DNA of 64,000 nt from Escherichia phage vB_Eco_mar004NP2. The notes under the pieces were generated by a model, which saw nothing but the letters and a program-made list of their open reading frames with translations, did no database searches and was not told where the DNA came from. The stretch lies in the sequence record NC_048205.1. One strand, 5' to 3'. Within the stretch, counting starts at the first letter, position 1, and each line of letters starts with the position of its first letter. The position numbers and the translations under genes were made by a program. Positions 25,713 through 36,321 of this stretch are shown here, piece by piece.

Positions 25713-25994
25713 TAAATGATAGTGGTTCTCACTTAGGACGATAGTTTCTTATAGTTATTATTTCTATCGGTTACGATTTCTTATAATTATTATTTCTCAT
25801 TAATTTATAAGTATATTATATATCATGAAATAGTTAGTTGGCTAATGAGATTTTCCGTGATTAATAGTCTGCTAACAGTTCCGGCTGTTACAATCCACCA
25901 GCATGATTATCATCCTAGCAACTATTAGTCTGCTATCTTTCCGATGCATACTAACAAATAAAAGTCAATTAATTTATTTCATAAAATAAGTAGT

Positions 25995-26027
25995 TATCCA
26001 CTGGAAAATAAAAGTCAAGTGGATAAC
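25995..26027. promoter_or_regulatory. pair of DnaA-box-like sites (TTATCCACT / AGTGGATAA) in inverted orientation
   Basis: 8/9 matches to TTATCCACA; TTATCAACA also at 26061. Confidence 0.45.
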
Positions 26028-26482
26028 TAGGAAAATTTCATTTTTGCTTTTGGGGATAAGTTATCAACAAGGCTAGAATGCGCCTAAAACGCCCTATAAC
26101 GCGATGAAGTTTTTAGCCATGCCATTGCATTGCCTACCCTCGTTTATCGCTACCACGAGCTTTTTAGTTTTTGTCAAGTAGGGCAAGGCAAATATAAATG
26201 AAAAAATTACTTGCCAACCTGCTGGGTTTTATGGTATTCGCGCGCCCGTTTCCTTTAATTTTAGTGCGCCGCGCCCAGGTCGCCGCACGGTGTCCGGTGG
26301 CATTTTGTCTTTACGTTTCTTTACAAAAATAAGGTTGCGCCATTTTTACTATTTGCTATTATTTATCTCGTAGGGCGGCAATGACGAACTACACGGCGGG
26401 AAGTTTACCGCCGCGCTCTTTAAAAATTGGGTACATCTTAAAGTCTATCGGCGGTAAACTTATATTATAAGGAATCGCAGAT

Positions 26483-26686
26483 ATGAAACAAACTTTATTG
26501 ATCACTGGTAAACCAGCTAAAAAATTAGATGGTACTACTAAAAAATTGTTGACAATAGCCCAGCAATCCGTAAAATACCGATTTGCTCAGTACAAGAAAG
26601 GCCGCCAGCAGGGTTTAGAAATGATCTGGCGTAATATTATGATCGACCTGAAAGAAAATCATAAAAAACTGCAAAAAACAGTTTGA
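26483..26686 (+). CDS. pre-early small basic protein, 67 aa
   Basis: ATG after TAAGGAATCGCAG; host-like codon usage. Confidence 0.45.
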   Translation: MKQTLLITGKPAKKLDGTTKKLLTIAQQSVKYRFAQYKKGRQQGLEMIWRNIMIDLKENHKKLQKTV

Positions 26687-26916
26687 CACCCTAGCCGATA
26701 GGCTTTAAGATGTACCCAGTTCGATGAGAGCGATAACTTGATACAATTTGACGGTTAGGTGATTCCCCATAAATCATCCTGCCCCCTAACTGGGATATAG
26801 CAGCCTGCGTGGAGTTCCTTAAATTGATTATAGCGGTGAGCGGATTGTTGCTTATTACCTGCTACTTTCTAGCAGGTAATGCGGAACAATCCCCTAAATA
26901 ACTTGGAGTTTATACT

Positions 26917-27168
26917 ATGCAAAACGTTATTACCGCGCCTAAAATTGGTCAATCCGTTTTTATTCCTTTCGTTACTAAAACGGATGAACTAACCGGAAAA
27001 GCCGAACGTATTAAAGGTGCGGCGCTTATGCCGTTTGATACAATCGACGCGGTATACGCTGAAAATGAACGTAGTAACAACGGCAAAACCGTTTTTAGCG
27101 TTCGCGTTAAATCCGGCGACGTTGTAAAGGTTGTACAGCGTAACGAAAAATGGGAAGCTGTAGCGTAA
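26917..27168 (+). CDS. pre-early hypothetical protein, 83 aa
   Basis: conserved TIR TTGGAGTTTATACT-ATG; followed by hairpin. Confidence 0.5.
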   Translation: MQNVITAPKIGQSVFIPFVTKTDELTGKAERIKGAALMPFDTIDAVYAENERSNNGKTVFSVRVKSGDVVKVVQRNEKWEAVA

Positions 27169-27264
27169 TAGTGTTACTTTTATATCCCCCAGTAGTTCGG
27201 GGGATATAACGATTAACATTATGTTAATCTTATCCCTTAAATTAAACTAATAGGAGTTTTTACC

Positions 27265-27672
27265 ATGACTAACGTTAAAACCGCAAAATTTGCTTGGAAT
27301 GAAGAAAACACTCAAAAAGCTGTTTCTATGTACCAGCAGTTAATTAATGAAAACGGTTTAGATTTCGCAAATAGCGACGGTTTAAAAGAGATTGCAAAAG
27401 CAGTGGGCGCGTCTTCTCCCGTGTCTGTTCGCTCAAAATTGACCAGCGCAAAAGCGTATCAGAAAAGCGATAAGCCTCGCAAAGTTGGCGGCGGTAGCTC
27501 AATCCGCAAAGCTCACTATGTACGCGTTATCGCTAAACATGCTATTGATTCCGGCATTATTAAAGACGCCGACGATCTGGCAAGTCTGGAAAGTGCAAAA
27601 CTTGAAACGCTGGACGCCGTAGCGCAACTGTTAGGCGTTGCCGATGAAGTAAAACAGGCCGCAGGTGAATAA
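27265..27672 (+). CDS. A2: pre-early protein, 135 aa; candidate A2-like DNA-binding protein
   Basis: size and position next to A1-like gene as in T5; assignment by synteny only. Confidence 0.35.
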   Translation: MTNVKTAKFAWNEENTQKAVSMYQQLINENGLDFANSDGLKEIAKAVGASSPVSVRSKLTSAKAYQKSDKPRKVGGGSSIRKAHYVRVIAKHAIDSGIIKDADDLASLESAKLETLDAVAQLLGVADEVKQAAGE

Positions 27673-27728
27673 ATTTAATTAGTGGGGAATATTCCCCACT
27701 ATAATTTCCCTTTGACTGGAGTTTTAAA

Positions 27729-27926
27729 ATGATCTTTTACCCCACTGAATCGTTAATTTTAGGCTTATTTATTATGGCGGCCTCGTTATTATTCGCTTAT
27801 TTTCAAAATGATTTAGACTCATATTATTTTAAACGTAAGTCTAAATTGGCAAAGCGTTTAGGTCTGATTTGTTTTATTGCCGCCATTGCTTGTGGTGTTA
27901 GTTCTAGCCTTATGCCTTTAAATTAA
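27729..27926 (+). CDS. pre-early small membrane protein, 65 aa
   Basis: two hydrophobic helices; TIR CTGGAGTTTTAAA-ATG. Confidence 0.45.
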   Translation: MIFYPTESLILGLFIMAASLLFAYFQNDLDSYYFKRKSKLAKRLGLICFIAAIACGVSSSLMPLN

Positions 27927-28023
27927 TGTTGCAAATTATAACGCCTATTATTCAAGGCGTTATATTTGGCAATATTTGCCAATAACAAACGTTTTTTAAT
28001 CCCTTTAATGGAGTTTTATTAAT

Positions 28024-29688
28024 ATGATTATTTCCGCAGAAAAACAAACCGTTATCCTGAAAATGGCCGCTGACTTTAATTTCTATGGTAAACGTCTGCG
28101 CGCTACTAAACTGGAGGTCTGCGACGATATATCAAAAGCGGTCTACGATACAACAAAACACTCGACCGCTATCTGCGACTGGTTGGAAGCAAATAAACCA
28201 GCTAAACCGAAAGCGGCGAAAGTAGCAAAAGCCATTAAAAACGATGAGCGTCCAGAAGCGGCGGGGATTGTTTCTAGCACGGTTGAGCAATGGGAAGTAA
28301 AGCAGGGTAAACGCTTTATTATTACGTCGATTCAGAATAATACTTTCCCGCATAAAAACTTTTTAGCCTCATTGGAGCAATTTGCTAAATATATCGGCGC
28401 TGATTTGCTGGTTAGCAAGTTTATTTATAACAAAAACGGTTTTCAAAATGGCGAGGGTGCAGAAGGAATAAAATATGATTCCGCATTTGACAAATATATC
28501 TGCAATAAAAACGTGTTTTTAAATAACCGCCGTTTTGCTTTCATGGCTGAAATTAACGTTTTGCCAACCGCAGATTATCCGCTTTCTGGATTCGCTGAAA
28601 CTGCAACGGCGCTTAATCTGGAAGGTCTGGCAATTGGTCACGCTAAAATTACCGCTGAAAGCGTGCCAGCTTTAAAAGGTGAAGTAGTGCGCCGTATGTA
28701 CTCAACCGGAACGGCAACGCTCAAAAACTACATTCAGCAGAAAGCAGGACAAAAGGCCGAGGCGCTGCATAACTTCGGTGCGCTAATTGTCGAGTTCGAC
28801 GAGGACGGGGAATTTTTTGTACGCCAGCTCGAAACGATGGACGAAAGCGGGGTATTTTATGATCTGAATGTGTGCGCTACTCCTGCCGGATGCTATGAGA
28901 CATCGGGGCATGTTTTAGGCTTGCAATACGGCGATATTCACGCAGAAAAACTAGATGATGATTGTGCCGTTGCGTCATGGGCTGGCGAAAATAGCTTGCT
29001 TGATATTCTCAAGCCTAAATATCAGTTTATCCATGACGTGCATGATTTTACATCACGCAACCATCACAACCGCGCATCCGGTGTATTCCTAGCAAAACAA
29101 TACGCCGCCGGACGTGATAAGGTATTAGATGATCTTATCGATACGGGGCGCGTGCTGGAATCAATGGAACGTGATTTCTCGCAAACAATCATTGTTGAAT
29201 CTAATCACGATTTGGCGCTATCCCGTTGGCTTGATGATCGTAATGCTAACATTAAAGACGATCCAGCAAACGCGGAACTATATCACCGCCTAAATGCCGC
29301 GATTTATGGAGCTATTGCAGAAAAAGACGATACTTTCAACGTGCTAGATTATGCGCTGCGCAAGGTTGCAGGTTGTGAGTTTAACGCCATTTTTCTAACT
29401 ACTGACCAATCTTTCAAGATTGCAGGCATTGAATGCGGCGTACACGGTCACAACGGCATTAACGGCAGCCGTGGCAATCCTAAACAATTTAAGAAATTGG
29501 GCAAATTAAACACCGGACACACTCACACCGCCAGCATTTATGGCGGCGTGTATACCGCTGGCGTAGCTGGTAGTCTGGACATGGGTTACAACGTTGGCGC
29601 GTCAAGCTGGACGCAAACGCATTTAATTACCTATGCAAACGGTCAGCGCACTTTGATTGACTTTAAAAACGGTAAATTCTTTGCGTAA
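28024..29688 (+). CDS. A1: A1-like pre-early protein (554 aa, metallophosphoesterase-type motifs)
   Basis: size close to T5 A1; motifs GDIHAEK, HDFTSRNHH, ESNHD, GHTHT; TIR ATGGAGTTTTATTA. Confidence 0.55.
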   Translation: MIISAEKQTVILKMAADFNFYGKRLRATKLEVCDDISKAVYDTTKHSTAICDWLEANKPAKPKAAKVAKAIKNDERPEAAGIVSSTVEQWEVKQGKRFIITSIQNNTFPHKNFLASLEQFAKYIGADLLVSKFIYNKNGFQNGEGAEGIKYDSAFDKYICNKNVFLNNRRFAFMAEINVLPTADYPLSGFAETATALNLEGLAIGHAKITAESVPALKGEVVRRMYSTGTATLKNYIQQKAGQKAEALHNFGALIVEFDEDGEFFVRQLETMDESGVFYDLNVCATPAGCYETSGHVLGLQYGDIHAEKLDDDCAVASWAGENSLLDILKPKYQFIHDVHDFTSRNHHNRASGVFLAKQYAAGRDKVLDDLIDTGRVLESMERDFSQTIIVESNHDLALSRWLDDRNANIKDDPANAELYHRLNAAIYGAIAEKDDTFNVLDYALRKVAGCEFNAIFLTTDQSFKIAGIECGVHGHNGINGSRGNPKQFKKLGKLNTGHTHTASIYGGVYTAGVAGSLDMGYNVGASSWTQTHLITYANGQRTLIDFKNGKFFA

Positions 29689-29744
29689 ATAATTAATCCC
29701 CTAGCGGCTTGAAATATAGCCGCTATTACAGGAGCTAAATTAGA

Positions 29745-30002
29745 ATGAAAGTTACATTACCCAAAACGCTAGACGAAAAAGCATTTATTTCACCGGATGA
29801 AATGGAATCCGATAAAGTTTACAGCTTCGGGCCTATTCTAGCCGCCAAAACTAATACTGATGGGATTATTACGGTCGATTATCGTGATAATGATATTGTA
29901 CCCTTTGACGATGATGGTGCTTTTTATGAGTGGCTAAGCGATAATAATTTACCCGTAAACGGTGAATTAACGCCGTACCAGATGCAGATTATTATCAAAT
30001 AA
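29745..30002 (+). CDS. pre-early acidic protein, 85 aa
   Basis: ORF with CAGGAGCTAAATTAGA RBS. Confidence 0.5.
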   Translation: MKVTLPKTLDEKAFISPDEMESDKVYSFGPILAAKTNTDGIITVDYRDNDIVPFDDDGAFYEWLSDNNLPVNGELTPYQMQIIIK

Positions 30003-30040
30003 ATTAAATCCATTATTAAACTAATTGGAGTTTTATAAAC

Positions 30041-30433
30041 ATGAAAAAGCAAAATATTCCATTTGACCGCGCTCAATCCTCAATTGTTCTGGTTTATTCT
30101 AATGGTGAGCGTTACCACGTCGAGGCGGGGCACGTTATTGATGAATTGCTAGATTTCAATGACGCTTTGCAGGTTACAACATTTGCATATATGCAAGGCA
30201 AACTAACTAGCCATATTAAAGCAAAAGGCGTTTATGTTGACACGGTGAAACAAGAAACGATTATCATCGACGCAGTAAAATCCGGTCTAACCTTTGCAGT
30301 TGTCGCGCCTTGCCCCGCTTGCCTTGATGATCAATTGATTTCTGCAAAAGTATATACTTGTGCGGGGATTCGTTCCCATGTATCAGGTGAGGATGTTAGT
30401 TTTATCGCCGATGCGTTGGCTTATGGTCTTTAA
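30041..30433 (+). CDS. pre-early hypothetical protein, 130 aa
   Basis: TIR TTGGAGTTTTATAAAC-ATG. Confidence 0.5.
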   Translation: MKKQNIPFDRAQSSIVLVYSNGERYHVEAGHVIDELLDFNDALQVTTFAYMQGKLTSHIKAKGVYVDTVKQETIIIDAVKSGLTFAVVAPCPACLDDQLISAKVYTCAGIRSHVSGEDVSFIADALAYGL

Positions 30434-30512
30434 TAGTTAATTTATTATTACCCGCTTATAAATAGCGGGTAATGCTGAATTAATCTAATCCCTTAAATGG
30501 AGAACGTAACAA

Positions 30513-31247
30513 ATGAATAAAGCTATCATGAATCTTTCCCGCAGCTTCCCGCATATTTCCCGCGTCATGATTTGGGATTTAGACGGCACTATCATTAATT
30601 CTTTCCATCGTGTAGCACCCTGCTTTGATAGCGAGGGCAATTTAGATTTAAATAAGTATAAAAATGAAGCGTGTAAACACCATTTAATAATGCAAGATAC
30701 TTTATTGCCATTGGTTGAATATATGCGCCAGTGCATGAATGACGCAAATACTTTAAACATTATTTGCACCGCTCGACTGATGAGTAAGTCGGACTATTAT
30801 TTCTTGCGTAAACAAGGGTTGCGCGGTCGTGGTAATAGTAATATCCGCGTATTTTCCCGCGATACACTACACAAATATTTTAAAGCTGATAAGGTTAGCG
30901 AAATATACCACAGCAAAGACGCAGTATATAAATCTTATTATTTTGAATTATTTAAACAGTTATATCCTAACGCTGATTTTACAATGATTGATGATCATAA
31001 AGGCGTGCTATCAGCGGCAGCGTCATACGGATTTAAAACGCTGGACGCACAAGCCGTTAATGATATTCTATCAATCGGCGTGGCATTGATAGGTGAAACC
31101 TTTATTGATGAATCTCTCGACGATGATAATGATTATCAATTCCTAGCTGACCGTTTAAAATTATGCTGGGAAGGTATGACCGAGGAAGAACGCGCAGAAT
31201 ATAGTTGCAGTCCTCAACAATATATTGAGAAATTAAAAGTTGCCTAA
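30513..31247 (+). CDS. dmp: 5'-deoxyribonucleotidase (HAD-like), Dmp-like
   Basis: 244 aa as in T5 Dmp; HAD motif I in VMIWDLDGTIIN; last gene of the island. Confidence 0.55.
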   Translation: MNKAIMNLSRSFPHISRVMIWDLDGTIINSFHRVAPCFDSEGNLDLNKYKNEACKHHLIMQDTLLPLVEYMRQCMNDANTLNIICTARLMSKSDYYFLRKQGLRGRGNSNIRVFSRDTLHKYFKADKVSEIYHSKDAVYKSYYFELFKQLYPNADFTMIDDHKGVLSAAASYGFKTLDAQAVNDILSIGVALIGETFIDESLDDDNDYQFLADRLKLCWEGMTEEERAEYSCSPQQYIEKLKVA

Positions 31248-31399
31248 CAATTAAAGTTGAAATAGTCACGGTGTGTAATGATACCATGCCGTGACTATTA
31301 GCCTGCTAAGTACCGGGCGGTAATGAGACTCATTCTCATCTGGGGGGCCACTGGACACACCCACGCGTACGTAATCCAAAGAAATTGGCAAAAGTCAAA

Positions 31400-31645
31400 T
31401 TAGCGCATAGAAGGGTCATCAAACCTGTATTCTGGTCTGAACTCACGGAATCTCTTCCGCGACGCCCGAGATCCATCCGACCACTCCCGCTCAAACTCCG
31501 CACGTTTCTCGTCAAACTTCCGCTCCCTTTCCGCAATCTCCCGCGTCACTCCCGCAATATATTTACGATGCTTATTGATTGCCGCAGTCGTCCCGAAAAC
31601 TCCCGTGAGTATCCCGATAATAAAAGCAATTACAATACTAAACAT
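31400..31645 (-). CDS. small TM protein with highly charged tail, 81 aa
   Basis: ORF track; N-terminal TM helix. Confidence 0.4.
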   Translation of the reverse strand: MFSIVIAFIIGILTGVFGTTAAINKHRKYIAGVTREIAERERKFDEKRAEFEREWSDGSRASRKRFREFRPEYRFDDPSMR

Positions 31646-31832
31646 CTAATTCCCTCTCAATTTGCAGAATACGGGTACTATCACAGCGTTGAAGCTCTAC
31701 TAATTTTTCTAGTGCAAATTGTTGCTGCTTTACCTGGGCCTCTAGAGTTTTTAGGCGAACATACGCGGTATAAGAAACAATGAAAATTGCCCAGATTAAT
31801 ATTACTATTAATGTAGCTGCCACTTCCATCAT
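31638..31832 (-). CDS. small TM + coiled-coil protein, 64 aa
   Basis: ORF track; ATGATGG overlap. Confidence 0.4.
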   Translation of the reverse strand: MMEVAATLIVILIWAIFIVSYTAYVRLKTLEAQVKQQQFALEKLVELQRCDSTRILQIERELDV

Positions 31833-31936
31833 TTACGTTTCTCCAGCAATAAAGTTTCAATTCTAGCTAAGTGATTATCTAAAATACATTGCCCAATAAT
31901 CACAATCCCTAATAGTGCAATAATTACCCATTCCAT
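31829..31936 (-). CDS. micro membrane protein, 35 aa (not in ORF track)
   Basis: MEWVIIALLGIVIIGQCILDNHLARIETLLLEKRK; coupled TAATGG/ATGATGG junctions. Confidence 0.3.
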   Translation of the reverse strand: MEWVIIALLGIVIIGQCILDNHLARIETLLLEKRK

Positions 31937-32064
31937 TAAATCCACCCCGCCATAGCTGCTAACCAAAAACCTACGAAAATAAAGAATAGGAGAGTTCCGA
32001 ACCCAAAACTATTTATCCAACTCTCATACACCTCTCCGCGTCTATTATTTCTTTTGTTTGACAT
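31936..32064 (-). CDS. micro membrane protein, 42 aa (not in ORF track)
   Basis: GGGAG RBS; MSNKRNNRRGEVYESWINSFGFGTLLFFIFVGFWLAAMAGWI. Confidence 0.3.
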   Translation of the reverse strand: MSNKRNNRRGEVYESWINSFGFGTLLFFIFVGFWLAAMAGWI

Positions 32065-32231
32065 ATCTTTCGTGCTCCCATAAATGTGATATTTTAAAAT
32101 ATGTGCATAACCAACCGTGCTTGTGGACTCCTAGAAGGACTTCTACTTTTCTTACATAGTGGTTTCTGCCAATATACCATCCAAGAAATAAAAAATTTAG
32201 TTTACTTGGATGTCTTTTTGTTTTATACTAA

Positions 32232-32498
32232 TTACAGGTAATTAGATTGCTCTAGTTTAAATTTACAATCACCATATTTAAGGTCAAACTGACTGAGATC
32301 CCACCACCCAAATTTAGTACGGAGCTGTACTACTGGAAAGCGATCTCCCTTAATACGAACTTTTTGAACCTTGAGACCGTAATATTCTTCTCCCGCACCA
32401 CCAAAAGATTTTACAAATCCCGTACAAAATGGTTTGGGAGCAGGTACACAACCAGATAATATAACTGTGGCAACTAGTGCAATTACAAACTTTTTCAT
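32232..32498 (-). CDS. llp: Llp-like lipoprotein (receptor-blocking superinfection-exclusion type)
   Basis: signal peptide with lipobox LSGC; small size; adjacent and antisense to the receptor-binding protein gene as in T5. Confidence 0.5.
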   Translation of the reverse strand: MKKFVIALVATVILSGCVPAPKPFCTGFVKSFGGAGEEYYGLKVQKVRIKGDRFPVVQLRTKFGWWDLSQFDLKYGDCKFKLEQSNYL

Positions 32499-32583
32499 AT
32501 TTATCTCTCCATTTCTAATTTATGAATTTATTATAGCAAAATAGAGGGATGAAAGCAAATACATTTTTATAATAGGAGATTAT

Positions 32584-34341
32584 ATGGGTTTTTTCGCTGG
32601 AAAGTATAGCGATGGTAAGACCGTACTATCTTTAAATACTGAATCTGGGGGTGACATTAATCGTCACTATAGTCCAAGTAATAATAGTATTTTTCATAGT
32701 GATATGCCATTTGTTCTAGTTGAGGGTACTTATGAGGCAGGATTAGGTGATGCCGGGAATGGGTTTTTCGTATGTCAGATGCCTCCTGATATAGTAAATA
32801 TTAAATCTAATGATCCTGGTAGAGTTATACTAACTGCTATTGAGATTAATGGTACTCACAGAGCTTTTCTTAATGGTACTCAGAGTAAAGTTGGTCAAAC
32901 TATAGTTGCCACTCAAGCAGACCCCTTTAGATCTTTTGCTAGTGTTTCTCAAACCAGTGGATTTGCATTTGGTAATAGTCTAGCATCTGGAACTTATAAT
33001 TATAACCCATCGATAGGGCACGAAGAATCTATCTCTAGGAGTGGTACAGGTGGTACTACGTTACATAGTACCTACCATGGGATAGTTAGGCCTGGTGCGG
33101 GAGCTCCTGTAGGTGTTACTGTTGCAGAAGCCTTTGCACAATTAGGTTTTCCTACTAATAGTAGCACAGTACCTGTAGATGGGAATAACCCGTACTATTG
33201 GGATCCTGGATGGATGTCGCCTCTAGGAGCAGCACATAGAGGGCATGATTGGTTTTATGTTTGCAACTCTAATATACGTGGATACGGTGGGGTTAGACAA
33301 GGGCTCCCAGGTAATGTAAATACTATGTACCACGACGGTGGGAACAGATTTGTTTGTAGGGGATCTACTACTAATTTAGCTAACCAGTCGGGTGACTCTA
33401 CAATACTACAGGATTGGTATAATATAACCCCTACTAAGGTTATTTGGTATGTTCTTAATTTAAGGTACTCTAATGGTGGAATGAGTATTTCAGGCAACCC
33501 CTTTACTGGTTCTGATATTCTTATATCTCCTTCTAATTTCATAATTAAAGGGGTAAGTCTCCCTAATACCGGGTATAAATTTATAAATCAGAATGCTTTT
33601 GGTAACCTAGGTTACCGTCCTGATATGGAGTATATAGGAAATAACGCAGCGTATACCGGGGTTTTTGGGGATACCACGGCAAGGTGTGAACTTGTAGGGT
33701 CTAGTAATGGAGGATTATGGTCTCCTGTAGACTATGGTGGAGCTAAATCCCAAATTAGCATTTACAAATTCGGAGCTGGTAAGCAATGGTATGTAAACTC
33801 TAGGGATAATACTATCGGTAATGAACACGGGGTTGTTTGGGGACCATCAGCAGTTCCATTACGACTTTTTGGTGGAAATGTAGGTAGCTCTTACATGGGG
33901 GATGATATTACTCCCAGCTACCCGGGAACAGGGGATAGATACGTTGGTTTATCAACTATTGGGCTAGGTATACCGGGTGGCAATGCTACAGTAATTCTTA
34001 CCACTGAAGTTATATCAGGTAACCTTAACTGTGCAGGTGTTCCTGCTAATACATGGAATAACGGTGTGTTTCAAGTGCAAGGAAGAAGAGCATATAGCTA
34101 TAGTAATGGAGATGCAATATTCCACCAGATTTTAACATTACCAGTAGGGTATTTAGTACCTTTTCATACTACATCTGCTTTTAGGTACACACCTAACAAT
34201 GCCCTAAGTAGAAATAGTTTTATATATACTGCTAAAAATCTGGGGAATGGAAATGTAGAGTTAGGGGTAGTTATGCACGTAAGTTTAGGTAGTGCAGTTT
34301 TCCTACCGAGATTAAGAGTAACAGTTCAACGCCTTACCTAA
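32584..34341 (+). CDS. receptor-binding tail protein (pb5-like), 585 aa
   Basis: position between llp and terminase as in T5; Gly/Asn/Ser-rich. Confidence 0.5.
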
Positions 34342-34351
34342 AGGAGGAAAT

Positions 34352-34834
34352 ATGGCAAATGATGTATTAGTACCAGATCTTATGTCCCCTGAAGGGATGG
34401 ATGTAATTGAAGCATATTTACAGTGTGGCAGCGATGTGCCTTCTGCCGCACGTAGTCTTGGGATGTCCGAAATTGCTTTTCGAGATATTATGAATCGTAG
34501 TGAAGTTAAGAACTACTTAAATGATATTTTTATGGAGAGTGGTTTCCGTAACAGAGATCGTTTATTTGGTGTTCTGGATGAAGTTATCAAGCGTAAACTA
34601 GAGGAACTAGAAGAAACTGGCATGGGTTCTGACCAAGATATTATGGATATTCTCTGGAAAGCACATAAAATGAAAATGGAAGAAATGAAAATGATGGTAG
34701 AACTGGAGAAAGTGAAGGCAGCAGCCCGTACTCCAGCTAACCAGACCAACATCCAGAATAATATTATTGCTGGAGCTGGGGATCAAAACTACATGGACTT
34801 AATTACTTCCCTAGCTACTGGAGGTAAGAAGTAA
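34352..34834 (+). CDS. terS: terminase small subunit (putative)
   Basis: 160 aa, immediately upstream of and coupled to terminase large subunit. Confidence 0.45.
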
Positions 34835-36150
34835 TGGAAGTATCAAGACCTTACGTTAATACAGTAGATGTTATTGATTTCGGAATAGATAAACGTTTCT
34901 TTCGTCTACCTGTTTCGGGAATACTAGCACAAGAAGGTATTACACCTAATGGTCCTCAAATAGCGATTATTAATGCTCTAGAGGATCCTAGACATCGTTT
35001 TGTAACGGCGTGTGTATCACGCCGTGTAGGTAAATCCTTCATCGCATATACTCTTGGGTTCCTAAAATTGCTGGAACCTAATGTGAAGGTGTTAGTAGTT
35101 GCTCCTAACTATTCACTGGCCAACATCGGATGGTCTCAGATTCGTGGTCTTATTAAAAAATATGGCCTACAAACTGAACGTGAGAACGCTAAAGATAAGG
35201 AAATTGAGTTAGCTAATGGTTCTCTGTTTAAACTAGCTTCCGCTGCTCAGGCTGACTCCGCGGTTGGACGTTCATATGATTTTATCATCTTTGACGAGGC
35301 GGCAATTTCCGATGTGGGTGGTGATGCCTTCAGGGTTCAGCTGCGTCCTACTCTAGATAAACCTAATTCTAAGGCTCTATTTATTTCCACACCTCGTGGA
35401 GGTAACTGGTTTAAAGAGTTTTACGCCTACGGATTTGATGATACGTTGCCTAACTGGGTATCTATTCATGGTACATATCGTGATAACCCTCGTGCTGACC
35501 TGAATGATATAGAAGAAGCACGTCGTACGGTTAGTAAAAACTACTTCCGCCAGGAATATGAAGCTGACTTCTCTGTATTTGAAGGTCAGATTTTTGATAC
35601 TTTCAATGCTATTGACCATGTTAAAGACCTTAAGGGTATGCGTCATTTCTTTAAAGATGATGAAGCATTCGAAACGTTGCTTGGTATCGACGTTGGTTAT
35701 CGTGATCCTACAGCAGTTCTTACTATTAAGTATCATTACGATACGGATACTTACTATGTATTAGAAGAGTATCAGCAGGCGGAGAAAACTACAGCTCAGC
35801 ATGCTGCTTACATTCAGCACTGTATAGATCGTTATAAAGTTGATCGTATTTTTGTTGACTCCGCGGCAGCTCAGTTCCGTCAAGACTTAGCTTATGAGCA
35901 TGAAATTGCATCAGCTCCAGCTAAAAAATCTGTCCTAGATGGCCTAGCATGCCTGCAAGCACTGTTCCAACAGGGTAAGATTATTGTAGATGCCTCATGC
36001 TCCTCCTTAATTCATGCACTGCAGAACTATAAGTGGGACTTCCAAGAAGGTGAAGAGAAATTATCACGTGAAAAACCACGTCATGATGCTAATTCTCACC
36101 TTTGTGATGCGCTGCGCTATGGAATTTACTCTATTTCCCGTGGTAAATAA
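34834..36150 (+). CDS. terL: terminase large subunit
   Basis: Walker A-like VSRRVGKS, Walker B IIFDEAA, C-terminal nuclease region; 438 aa. Confidence 0.8.
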   Translation: MEVSRPYVNTVDVIDFGIDKRFFRLPVSGILAQEGITPNGPQIAIINALEDPRHRFVTACVSRRVGKSFIAYTLGFLKLLEPNVKVLVVAPNYSLANIGWSQIRGLIKKYGLQTERENAKDKEIELANGSLFKLASAAQADSAVGRSYDFIIFDEAAISDVGGDAFRVQLRPTLDKPNSKALFISTPRGGNWFKEFYAYGFDDTLPNWVSIHGTYRDNPRADLNDIEEARRTVSKNYFRQEYEADFSVFEGQIFDTFNAIDHVKDLKGMRHFFKDDEAFETLLGIDVGYRDPTAVLTIKYHYDTDTYYVLEEYQQAEKTTAQHAAYIQHCIDRYKVDRIFVDSAAAQFRQDLAYEHEIASAPAKKSVLDGLACLQALFQQGKIIVDASCSSLIHALQNYKWDFQEGEEKLSREKPRHDANSHLCDALRYGIYSISRGK

Positions 36151-36321
36151 ATAAGTATAGGATGGGATACTACTCAGTTGGTATCCCATTCCTGCATTTT
36201 AAAATCCCCTTTACAAATTCGATACGATTATGTATACTATATTCATTGATCGGGAGAACTTCTCCCATAATAGAACGTAAACAAGAAAAATTAATGCTCT
36301 ACATGGGGTGTAGGAGATTCT

